DNA of 34,858 nt. It comes from Nanobdellota archaeon (GTDB lineage Archaea; Nanobdellota; Nanobdellia; Pacearchaeales; GW2011-AR1). The DNA lies in the NCBI GenBank assembly GCA_038045485.1, contig JBBSYA010000030.1:1-34858 (forward strand). The letters run 5' to 3'. The notes beneath the pieces are model-generated. The model did no database searches. It was not told the DNA's origin and worked only from the letters and a program-made list of their open reading frames with translations. Below, one piece after another: positions 15,727 to 23,452 of this stretch (position 1 is the first letter of the stretch; each line of letters begins with the position of its first letter). The position numbers and the translations under genes are program-made.

Positions 15727-16578
15727 ATGAAAATAAACGCAACACTACATTGTCATGGGGCATGGACTGACTATGCTCACGGAAAATTCGACATAGAATT
15801 ATTTCCGAGATGTGTTGAGAAACTTGCAGATGTTGCAATTGCAAAAGGTTTAGACTTAGTAGGATTAACAGATATTTCTGGAAAACATGTTTGTGAAATC
15901 TATAGACCTCTTGTAGATCAAAGAGGAGACAGATATATAATAGAACAAGACGAAACTTCTACAGTTTTAACTCGAAAAGAAGACGAAAAGAAAGTAGTTT
16001 TTGCAAGAACACTTGAAGTTTTATCTAATGATGCGCATGTTCTGGTTGTTGGAACCGCTGCAAATATTCTTGGTGCAAGGCCACTTGAAGCAGTTATTGA
16101 TGAAACTTATTCTGTTGGCGGAAAAGCAATTGCAGACCATCCTTGTTATACTATTAAATTAGGAAAGGGAATGGGTGAACAAAAAGTAAGAAAATTTAGA
16201 AAAGAAGGAAAATTATTAGCCTTAGAAGAAAATGCAAATATCGCAAAAGTTATGGAATTTATCGGACATTATAATGAAAGAGCTATCGCCCTCGCACAAG
16301 AATTAGATATGCCAATTATAGCAAATTGTGATGGTAATACTGCAAGAGATATGGGCAGAATGTACACTACTTATTTTGTAAAAGAAAATACCAAACCCAC
16401 AGGATTGTATAATGTTATAATCGATTTGCTTGCTAAAGGCAATTTTGAAGACTCCCTGCTAATAAGAAGAGGCGAACCTAAAAGATTTATTTCGCTTCCT
16501 CTACACGTTGTTCGAGGAATCTATTCAATAGTTAGGGCAAAGAAAGGCTGGATAGAAAAAAGTCTTCCTGCCTGTTAA
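15727..16578 (+). CDS. PHP-domain (polymerase/histidinol phosphatase-like) family protein with partly degenerate metal-binding motifs
   Basis: N-terminal MKINATLHCHG has the HxH motif and IADHPCY lies mid-protein. At the position where its neighbour has SDAH, this protein has NCDGN. Confidence 0.55.
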   Translation: MKINATLHCHGAWTDYAHGKFDIELFPRCVEKLADVAIAKGLDLVGLTDISGKHVCEIYRPLVDQRGDRYIIEQDETSTVLTRKEDEKKVVFARTLEVLSNDAHVLVVGTAANILGARPLEAVIDETYSVGGKAIADHPCYTIKLGKGMGEQKVRKFRKEGKLLALEENANIAKVMEFIGHYNERAIALAQELDMPIIANCDGNTARDMGRMYTTYFVKENTKPTGLYNVIIDLLAKGNFEDSLLIRRGEPKRFISLPLHVVRGIYSIVRAKKGWIEKSLPAC

Positions 16579-16587
16579 TTCTTAAAA

Positions 16588-17499
16588 ATGAAAATCGACC
16601 TACATAATCATTTACTTATTGGATTTCAGCCAGAATGGCTTAGAGTTCAAGGATATAGCAGTAGAAATCTGGCATGGGTTCTTGTAAATTCAGCTATAAG
16701 AAAAGATATAGGATTGGTTGCTATAACCAGTGAAAATTTTGAAATTCCTGAAGGAAGTATTCATGATAGATTTACACAAATTTGTGAAGATGCTAAATAT
16801 TTCAATGAAGAAACCTGTGGTTGCTCTGCTGAAAAAATAGGCGAAAATGTATTAAGAATAGACAACCTCGGTCATCCCATCAATTGGAATTCAATTTATG
16901 TTGTTAACAGCCAAACAGTTATAGTTGAAGAAGCTGGAAGAAGATATGACCATTTAGTTATTGGAAGCAATCAAGTTCCTAACAGAAAAGATTTTGATTA
17001 TGCTCTTAAATATTGCAGAGATAATAATTTACTTAATTTTTTAGAACATCCGGCAGTAGAGAATCATTTAGGTACAGGACTTGTTAAAGCAGAAAGATTA
17101 ATCCAAAAATATGGCGACATAATCACGGGAATTGAAGGTCATAATGCTCAAATGATTTGGCCAGAATCCTGGGCAAAAGCCCCTTTAATCGGACCCTTTA
17201 ATAAAGGTGTTAATAAAAAAGCGATTGGACTCGCAAATAAAGTTGAAAAACCATTTATTGCTACTTCCGATGCGCATTCTCCTAATCAAATTGGCGCAGC
17301 TAATATTAAAACAGAAGATAATCCCCAATTTTCTAACGAATTAGAAGTTTTTTCTTATATAAAAAAGAAAATTAGTGGGCGAGAGTATTATAGTAATAAT
17401 AGTTATGTTAGCCCTTATTCTTGGATGAAAAATGCTGCAATCTTTCAAATCGGAAGAGCAATTTTTAGAATGCGCGCAAACAAATCTTATCTAAAATAA
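16588..17499 (+). CDS. PHP-domain metal-dependent phosphoesterase
   Basis: The motifs MKIDLHNHLL, FLEHPAVE, GIEGHNAQ and ATSDAHSPNQIG match the PHP family. It starts 9 nt after the preceding PHP gene. Confidence 0.7.
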   Translation: MKIDLHNHLLIGFQPEWLRVQGYSSRNLAWVLVNSAIRKDIGLVAITSENFEIPEGSIHDRFTQICEDAKYFNEETCGCSAEKIGENVLRIDNLGHPINWNSIYVVNSQTVIVEEAGRRYDHLVIGSNQVPNRKDFDYALKYCRDNNLLNFLEHPAVENHLGTGLVKAERLIQKYGDIITGIEGHNAQMIWPESWAKAPLIGPFNKGVNKKAIGLANKVEKPFIATSDAHSPNQIGAANIKTEDNPQFSNELEVFSYIKKKISGREYYSNNSYVSPYSWMKNAAIFQIGRAIFRMRANKSYLK

Positions 17500-18383
17500 T
17501 CTTCAAACGTTGCAGAATTCTTTGAGTTCGGACGTGGGCGAGCTTGCTGTTGATTTTGTTGATTATTCTGCTGTTGCTGTCCTTTTTGTTTTTGCTGTTG
17601 TGGTTGTCTATTTTGTTGTTGCATAGGTTGCTCGAAACTTTCTTGCTCTTCAACTTCTTCTCTCCTTCCTCTTTGTTTATCCAGAAGCGGATTAAGAACC
17701 TTCGAAAAAGATTGTTGGGTAGCTTTTAAATCTCCAGAAATACTCGAAATAGCATCACCATATTCTCCCATTTTTCTTATAACGGCTCTCTGAATATCCT
17801 GAATAACCGCTTCTATTTTTTTCATCCTATTATCAATATCCTGAAGCTGAAAACTTAATTCAGATTTTGATTTTACAAGAACATCAACTTGCTCTTTTGT
17901 TTTTTTCATAATTTCTTCAACTTGTTGTCGCGCAATATCTCTAACTGTTTCCAAATCTAAAGTCTGCTGATAGTAGCCTTCTTGCGGTTGTTCTGTATAT
18001 TGTTGCTGATATGCTGCGGGATCATATTGCTGCTGTTGAGCGTCCGCATATTGTTGTTGGGTGTATTGCGGTTGCGCATATTGTTGAGGCGCATATTGCT
18101 GCTGTTGGGCTGGAATAGGCGGTAACGTGGCTTCTTGTTGTGCCATCGGTTGATTGCTATAATTTGGAACAGACATATATTGTTGTGAAGAAGAATTGTC
18201 AGTCATTATACTTGGTTGCAATCCAGAATTCTCTTCAGAAACAACCGCACTCTTTATATTGGACTGAGAAATTGCCTCACTAACTTCTCTTGGAGAAACT
18301 CCTTCTTCCATAAGACTATTAGCAATCTGATTCTGAGACATTCCAGATTGTTTCATTGCAGATATTCGTTCTAATAGAGCCAT
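17487..18383 (-). CDS. Q/Y-rich low-complexity (prion-like) protein with a small N-terminal helical domain and a central coiled coil
   Basis: I place the start at the ATG at 18383-18381 (MALLERISAMKQSGMSQNQIANSLMEEGVSPREVSEAISQ). A Q/Y/P-rich segment follows (PAQQQQYAPQQYAQPQYTQQQYADAQQQQYDPAAYQQQY), then a coiled coil, then a Q/N-rich tail (QQQNRQPQQQKQKGQQQQNNQQNQQQ). The ORF-track TTG start at 18413 lies inside the conserved non-coding block. Confidence 0.7.
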   Translation of the reverse strand: MALLERISAMKQSGMSQNQIANSLMEEGVSPREVSEAISQSNIKSAVVSEENSGLQPSIMTDNSSSQQYMSVPNYSNQPMAQQEATLPPIPAQQQQYAPQQYAQPQYTQQQYADAQQQQYDPAAYQQQYTEQPQEGYYQQTLDLETVRDIARQQVEEIMKKTKEQVDVLVKSKSELSFQLQDIDNRMKKIEAVIQDIQRAVIRKMGEYGDAISSISGDLKATQQSFSKVLNPLLDKQRGRREEVEEQESFEQPMQQQNRQPQQQKQKGQQQQNNQQNQQQARPRPNSKNSATFEDYFR

Positions 18384-18422
18384 TTTATTTTTGTTGTTTA
18401 TATTTTGAGACAAAAATAAAAG
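18384..18422 (-). promoter_or_regulatory. Conserved 39-nt upstream block, copy 2 of 3
   Basis: Sequence: tttatttttgttgtttatattttgagacaaaaataaaag. It differs from copy 3 at 1 position and from copy 1 at 4. Confidence 0.6.
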
Positions 18423-18423
18423 A

Positions 18424-18498
18424 TCAGAAAATCAATGATTTTCTGAGTCTCAAAAAATTTTGTAAGGCCAAGACGAAGTCTTTAGTCTAATTTTTGAG
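18424..18498. repeat. Structured palindromic module: hairpin plus an outer stem enclosing a GAA-triloop hairpin
   Basis: Hairpin: TCAGAAAATCA-a-TGATTTTCTGA (18424-18446). Outer stem: CTCAAAAAATT (18449-18459) pairs with AATTTTTGAG (18489-18498) with a 1-nt bulge. Inner hairpin: AGAC-GAA-GTCT (18471-18481). Confidence 0.55.
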
Positions 18499-18556
18499 TT
18501 ATTTTTATCTCCTTTTTATTATTTGTATATGTTATTTTTGTTTACAAAAAGAACAA

Positions 18557-18678
18557 TCAGAAAATTCTTAATTTTCTGAATTTCAAAAAGCTTGTAAGTC
18601 AAAGCGAAGTCTTCAAAACGTAAGTTTTGAATGAATTAGGAAGTTTTTAATTTCCTAAGCTTTTAGTTGCTTTTTGAA
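18557..18678. repeat. Structured palindromic module, long form, with no ORF directly downstream (copy A of a 121-bp duplicate)
   Basis: Positions 18558-18678 match 19130-19250 at 119/121. The two differences (18559 a vs 19131 t; 18577 t vs 19149 a) are the two partners of one stem base pair. Confidence 0.85.
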
Positions 18679-18720
18679 TTCTTTTTTGTTATTTATTTAT
18701 GTTATTTAGGGTTTTAATAT

Positions 18721-19089
18721 TTAATGTTTCAATGCTTTTCTAATCATCTCTTCAACATCAGAAATTCTTGCAACTTCCATAGGCTGAAACATCTGAAATT
18801 GATGTTGCAAAACTTGAAACTCGTTTTTTCTAACATAATTATCAGAATCTTCAACTATCCTTTCAATAGCCATCTTTATTTTTCTTATTTCCTCAACAAT
18901 CAGATTCATCTGGCCCCTAAGCTTAGAAATTTCAGCCTGCGTATCTTCTTTTTCAGAAACAAGATTTTCTCCAATCATAATTACTCTATCTTTGATTATA
19001 TTCTGTTTTTCTTCTATATCTCGAAGTTTTACTGCAATATCTGCAATAAAAGATTCCAAAGGATTAGGATATTGTTCTTGGCTGGCCAT
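18721..19089 (-). CDS. Small coiled-coil protein (122 aa), function unknown
   Basis: I place the start at the ATG at 19089-19087 (MASQEQYPNPLESFIADIAVKLRDIEEKQNIIKDRV...). It has heptad-like E/K/I-rich helices. It is preceded by the conserved 39-nt block, so this strand is preferred over the mirror plus-strand ORF. Confidence 0.6.
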   Translation of the reverse strand: MASQEQYPNPLESFIADIAVKLRDIEEKQNIIKDRVIMIGENLVSEKEDTQAEISKLRGQMNLIVEEIRKIKMAIERIVEDSDNYVRKNEFQVLQHQFQMFQPMEVARISDVEEMIRKALKH

Positions 19090-19128
19090 TTTATTTTTGT
19101 TGTTTATAATTTGAGACAAAAATAAAAG
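19090..19128 (-). promoter_or_regulatory. Conserved 39-nt upstream block, copy 3 of 3
   Basis: Sequence: tttatttttgttgtttataatttgagacaaaaataaaag. Confidence 0.6.
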
Positions 19129-19250
19129 TCTGAAAATTCTTAATTTTCAGAATTTCAAAAAGCTTGTAAGTCAAAGCGAAGTCTTCAAAACGTAAGTTTT
19201 GAATGAATTAGGAAGTTTTTAATTTCCTAAGCTTTTAGTTGCTTTTTGAA
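19129..19250. repeat. Structured palindromic module, long form (copy B of the 121-bp duplicate)
   Basis: Hairpin: TCTGAAAATT-ctt-AATTTTCAGA (19129-19151). Outer stem: TTCAAAAAGC (19154-19163) pairs with GCTTTTTGAA (19241-19250). Inner hairpins: TTCAAAAC-gta-aGTTTTGAA and TTAGGAA-gttttta-aTTTCCTAA. Confidence 0.85.
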
Positions 19251-19333
19251 ATTGTTGTTTTTATCTCTTTTTATTATATTTTATATAGTGATATTGGGTT
19301 TAAAATCCTTCTCATATTCTAGAACTTAAAATT

Positions 19334-20161
19334 TTATTCTGCCAATAAATGTTCCTTATGAACAAAAAGACTTCTAATAAACCAATACATTGCATACAAT
19401 TCTAACGCAAATGGAAAATAGCCCAAATAACCTAAAATAGGCATCTCAAATATTTTAAAAAATCCTACAAACGGAATATCATAAGTCCATTTAGGAATAG
19501 CCCAATAATTCCAAAATTCCCAAAAAAAGCCCATAATTATTCCAGCCAATAAAAGCGCAAGAGGAATAGCTAATTTTCTATCTCTTAAATGTCGTATTAT
19601 ACTCGGTTGGTTATGAATATAATTAATCGGATCTAAAATAAGGAAAAAGCTTAGCCAGACTAAAGGAAAAGTAAATTTCGGAAGAATAATCGGAGCGAAA
19701 AAACATAGAACTCCGAGCGAAATCAGAGTATACAAAAACCACTTTCTTATTCTGTAAGATTTTTTAAGTTCTTTTCTTTCAAACAATCCAAGAGTTCTTA
19801 TCAGTTCTGCTGTTTCAAACATCGCAGGAAGAACTGTTGCAAATGAAAGTGCTCCAAAAAGATTTTTAGCGGCACCTAATCCGCCAGTTCCACTATAGTT
19901 CCAATTACTTAGGGGAATATTAATCATTTCAAAAATATACCAAAACAGCATGGATATAACAAACATTCCAAAAATCTGGCCAAATCTATTGCTTATTAAC
20001 GAGTTTTGTTTTAATTTATAGACTAATGCATCAATAACTAAAATATAACCTAACCAAACAATCGGAAAATACCAGCTTGCAAAGGGTTCTATTTTAAAGA
20101 AAAAATTCAGCTCTACTAAAATAATTAATAAAACGCCAATCAACCCATATTTTTTAAACAT
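19334..20161 (-). CDS. Polytopic membrane protein (275 aa), function unknown
   Basis: Hydrophobic ORF with about 8 TM segments. Trp/Phe-rich C-terminal motif: FWEFWNYWAIPKWTYDIPF. It is divergent from the ATPase gene. Confidence 0.55.
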   Translation of the reverse strand: MFKKYGLIGVLLIILVELNFFFKIEPFASWYFPIVWLGYILVIDALVYKLKQNSLISNRFGQIFGMFVISMLFWYIFEMINIPLSNWNYSGTGGLGAAKNLFGALSFATVLPAMFETAELIRTLGLFERKELKKSYRIRKWFLYTLISLGVLCFFAPIILPKFTFPLVWLSFFLILDPINYIHNQPSIIRHLRDRKLAIPLALLLAGIIMGFFWEFWNYWAIPKWTYDIPFVGFFKIFEMPILGYLGYFPFALELYAMYWFIRSLFVHKEHLLAE

Positions 20162-20262
20162 CTTTTAAACAGGAATTTGAGATTTATAATAGTTGCTCTC
20201 CACTACAGAAAGCTATTTTAAGCTTATTTAATATCTTCAATAAGAAAAAAAGGTACTAAAAT

Positions 20263-22542
20263 ATGTTATTCAAACCAGGAACCCCTGTCTATGCATTTGA
20301 AGTTGAAAGAGAAGGCGATCAAGATGTAATGTATATCAATTATCTTGGTGCATCTGCTGTTCCAAGTATTGCTGATTCTTCCGAAGTTATGGCAAGAGTT
20401 ATAGAATATCTCGAAAGAACACCAAACATAACCCGAATCGTTTTTGTACAGCAGAGAAACTATAGTTATGATTTTAGCCAGATAGTTCTTTTAAGAGATA
20501 TTGCAAATCTTGATATTTATTTAACAAAGCAAGAAAAAATCCTATCACCAAATAAACTTTCATTCAATAATCCCTACGAACTTGCGAGAAGGTATGAATT
20601 CGTAAGTTATATGCTTTCATTTCTAAAATCTGACCCCTTAACATGTTATTTTGATTTAAAAAACGAGATTATTTCTCAAAAAGCCCTACTCGAAAAGATT
20701 CCGGAACAGGCAAAATATGATTTAAGAGTTTATATTAAAACCCTCGAAAATTTTCACAATCTTTTAGAAAATACAAAATTAATAAAAATTCTACAGAAAA
20801 ATCTTGATGGATATTCTCGTGCTAACAGAAATCCCTACAGCAGTATTTTCAGACCAGATGTAATTCCTAACTTTACCTTTACAAGATTAGCTGCGCAAAT
20901 TCCAAAAGGCGCAGAAATTTTCGACCAATATGAAATTGGAACTGGCTATGATACTTCTACTGTAACAATTTTAAAAAAACCAGAAGAGGTTAAATTCCTT
21001 TATCATTTAATGCCACCAGAATATAGTTTAGAAGAAGAACATCATCTTCTTTTAAATCTTGCAAGAAATGTTTTGATTGAACATCAGCCAAAAGCTGAAG
21101 AGTTTACTGACCCTGAACGAGTAAGACAGGTTTTTTTCAATGTCGCTAAAGATTTACTTCAAGAACTTGCAGATAGCCAAAATATTAAATTAAGCTATTC
21201 AGACATAAATCGTTTAGCATCAATTCTTGTTCGCCATACTATTGGTTTTGGTTTAATTGAGGTTCTATTGCAGGATAAAAATCTGCAAGATATTGTTCTC
21301 AATGCCCCAATAACTCAAAATCCTATTTTTCTAAGACACACCCAATTTGACGAGTGTTACACAAATATTTTGCCAAGCCAAGAAGACGCAGACTCTTGGG
21401 CAGCAAAATTTAGAATGATTTCAGGACGTCCTTTAGATGAAGCAAATCCGGTTTTAGATACCGATTTATCAATTGGAGATTTAAGAGCGAGAATCGCCGT
21501 TGTTCAACAGCCACTATCTCCCTCGGGATTAGCCTATGCAATTAGAAGACATAGAGAATCTCCATGGACACTTCCACTTTTTATTAAAAATAAAATGATT
21601 AATCCGCTTGCTGCTGGATTGATGAGTTTTTTAGTTGATGGAAGCAGAACAATGTTGGTTGCAGGAACAAGGAGCTCTGGAAAAACATCTCTTCTCGGCG
21701 CACTTATGTTAGAAATTATGCCCAGATACAGAATAATTACAATTGAAGATACGCCCGAACTTGCAGTAGACACAATGCGAAAATTAAGATATGATATTCT
21801 TAGAATGAAAGTTCGTTCAGCATTACTTCAAACAACAACCGAGGTTGCAGCAGACGAAGGAATAAGAACTTCTCTTCGTCTTGGAGACTCTTCATTGATT
21901 GTTGGCGAAGTTAGAAGTCAAGAAGCTCGAGCACTATATGAGGCAATGAGAGTTGGTGCTTTAGCAAATGTTGTTGCAGGAACAATTCATGGCGCTTCAC
22001 CTTACGGAGTTTTTGACAGAGTTGTAAATGATTTAGGCGTTCCAGTAACTTCTTTCAAAGCAACTGATTGTATTATTGTTGCAAATCCTGTTAAAACAGC
22101 AGACGGAATGCATTCGATAAAAAGAATGATTGGTTTAACTGAAATAAGAAAACATTGGACAAAAGATCCTCTTGAAGAAAAAGGTTTTGTGGACTTACTA
22201 ACCTATAATGTTGAAAAAGATATTCTCGAGCCGACTGATGATTTAATTAATGGAGATAGTGAAATCATTAAAGATATTGCTGGCGGAGTTAAAGGCTGGG
22301 CAGGAAACTGGGATGCTGTTTACGATAACATTCTTCTTCGTGCAAAAACTAAAGAAGAAATAGTAAATATTGCAGAAAAATTAAACAAGCCCGAATTACT
22401 TGAAGCAGAGTTCACAGTTTTAAGCAACGCAATGTTCCATCAAATATCAGATAAAATTCGTGAAGAAATCGGCTTGCCTTGGGGCGATAGGGTTTTTCCA
22501 GAATGGCAAAAATGGGCAATTAATGCTGCAAAAAGGATTTAA
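20263..22542 (+). CDS. Type IV pilus/archaellum-type secretion ATPase (FlaI/PilB/VirB11 superfamily) with a long N-terminal region
   Basis: Walker A is VAGTRSSGKTSLLGA. The Walker B/Asp-box region is SSLIVGEVRSQEARALYEAM. A His-box-like AGTIHGAS is present. 759 aa. Confidence 0.85.
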   Translation: MLFKPGTPVYAFEVEREGDQDVMYINYLGASAVPSIADSSEVMARVIEYLERTPNITRIVFVQQRNYSYDFSQIVLLRDIANLDIYLTKQEKILSPNKLSFNNPYELARRYEFVSYMLSFLKSDPLTCYFDLKNEIISQKALLEKIPEQAKYDLRVYIKTLENFHNLLENTKLIKILQKNLDGYSRANRNPYSSIFRPDVIPNFTFTRLAAQIPKGAEIFDQYEIGTGYDTSTVTILKKPEEVKFLYHLMPPEYSLEEEHHLLLNLARNVLIEHQPKAEEFTDPERVRQVFFNVAKDLLQELADSQNIKLSYSDINRLASILVRHTIGFGLIEVLLQDKNLQDIVLNAPITQNPIFLRHTQFDECYTNILPSQEDADSWAAKFRMISGRPLDEANPVLDTDLSIGDLRARIAVVQQPLSPSGLAYAIRRHRESPWTLPLFIKNKMINPLAAGLMSFLVDGSRTMLVAGTRSSGKTSLLGALMLEIMPRYRIITIEDTPELAVDTMRKLRYDILRMKVRSALLQTTTEVAADEGIRTSLRLGDSSLIVGEVRSQEARALYEAMRVGALANVVAGTIHGASPYGVFDRVVNDLGVPVTSFKATDCIIVANPVKTADGMHSIKRMIGLTEIRKHWTKDPLEEKGFVDLLTYNVEKDILEPTDDLINGDSEIIKDIAGGVKGWAGNWDAVYDNILLRAKTKEEIVNIAEKLNKPELLEAEFTVLSNAMFHQISDKIREEIGLPWGDRVFPEWQKWAINAAKRI

Positions 22543-22694
22543 CACTTTTGATTTATGCTTCGCATTATCCCTCCTTATTTATTAATAATCTCTTAAACTA
22601 AATTAGACTTGTTAAGCCTCAATTAGACTTTACTTACCCTAAACTTATATTCCCAAATTATAGAATTAACAAAATTTTATTTTAAAATTACTTA

Positions 22695-23261
22695 CTATCC
22701 CTTTCCGGGTTGTTTTCCCCAAAAGACAATCATAGCAACTATACCAATCAAAATAAGTAAAGTTACAAGAGCAGAACCATACTGATCCCAAAGATTTCCA
22801 AGTGAATTATAACTGTCTGAAAAAGAAGAATACATTACAAATATAAAAATTATTACTCCAACTAGAATTAATCCCACATTAATATACTTCGCATTAGCCG
22901 TATCTGCCATAAACAAGCCCATCAAAATTATTGCTGCAAGCAAAATGCTTAAGCCAACAGCGAGATTTGGAATCATTGTCTGGAAAAAATCTGGAACAAA
23001 TCCTCCAACAAGTGAAAGCAATCCCAGAGCCAAGGCAATTATTACATTAACCCCTTTTGCGTCAGCTCCGAAAATATTTGATTTATTCAAAATTCCAAAT
23101 ACCATCGCGAAAATTAATAAGAATGGAAGAACATAGGCAAATATATCCATCCTTGCCCAGCTGTCCAACATATCAGAAAATCTCCATGCGGCAGAAACAA
23201 AATTCAAACTCAATAAAATTCCAATAGAAGCAACCGCACTCATCAACACACTTCTTTTCAT
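22695..23261 (-). CDS. Small polytopic membrane protein, paralog of 23453-23941
   Basis: Shares FAYVLPFLLIFAMVFGILNKSNIFGADAKGVNVIIALALG with VILPFLLVFTLVFAILEKSKILGDGKHQINAIIGFVFA in the neighbouring gene. Confidence 0.6.
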   Translation of the reverse strand: MKRSVLMSAVASIGILLSLNFVSAAWRFSDMLDSWARMDIFAYVLPFLLIFAMVFGILNKSNIFGADAKGVNVIIALALGLLSLVGGFVPDFFQTMIPNLAVGLSILLAAIILMGLFMADTANAKYINVGLILVGVIIFIFVMYSSFSDSYNSLGNLWDQYGSALVTLLILIGIVAMIVFWGKQPGKG

Positions 23262-23452
23262 ATCTATCTTAAATTTTGTTTATTTAAATACCTTTTGCTC
23301 GCCCTCGCTTTTTAATGTGGGGCTTACGCCCATTTTTCAATAAGTAATAATTCTATAAAACATCAAACTAGGAGCTTCTCAAAAATTCGCTTTCTAAGTG
23401 GGGGCATTATTAATAAAAAGGTTAAAATGATAAGGAAGTGCAAATAAAATAA

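Noticed and set aside
18724-19125. 133-aa plus-strand ORF exactly mirroring the 18721-19089 reverse-strand gene
   Set aside because: Its translation is dominated by F/N/I/L/S (FSNIIIRIFNYPFNSHLYFSYF...). That is what the antisense of an E/K/I-rich coiled-coil gene produces in AT-rich DNA. The reverse-strand frame has the conserved upstream block and a sensible ATG, so I treat the plus-strand ORF as a shadow ORF.
22601-22630. Direct repeat of aattagactt at 22601-22610 and 22621-22630, downstream of the ATPase gene
   Set aside because: It is a 10-mer repeated once in AT-rich intergenic DNA and could be chance. No associated structure or gene boundary was evident.
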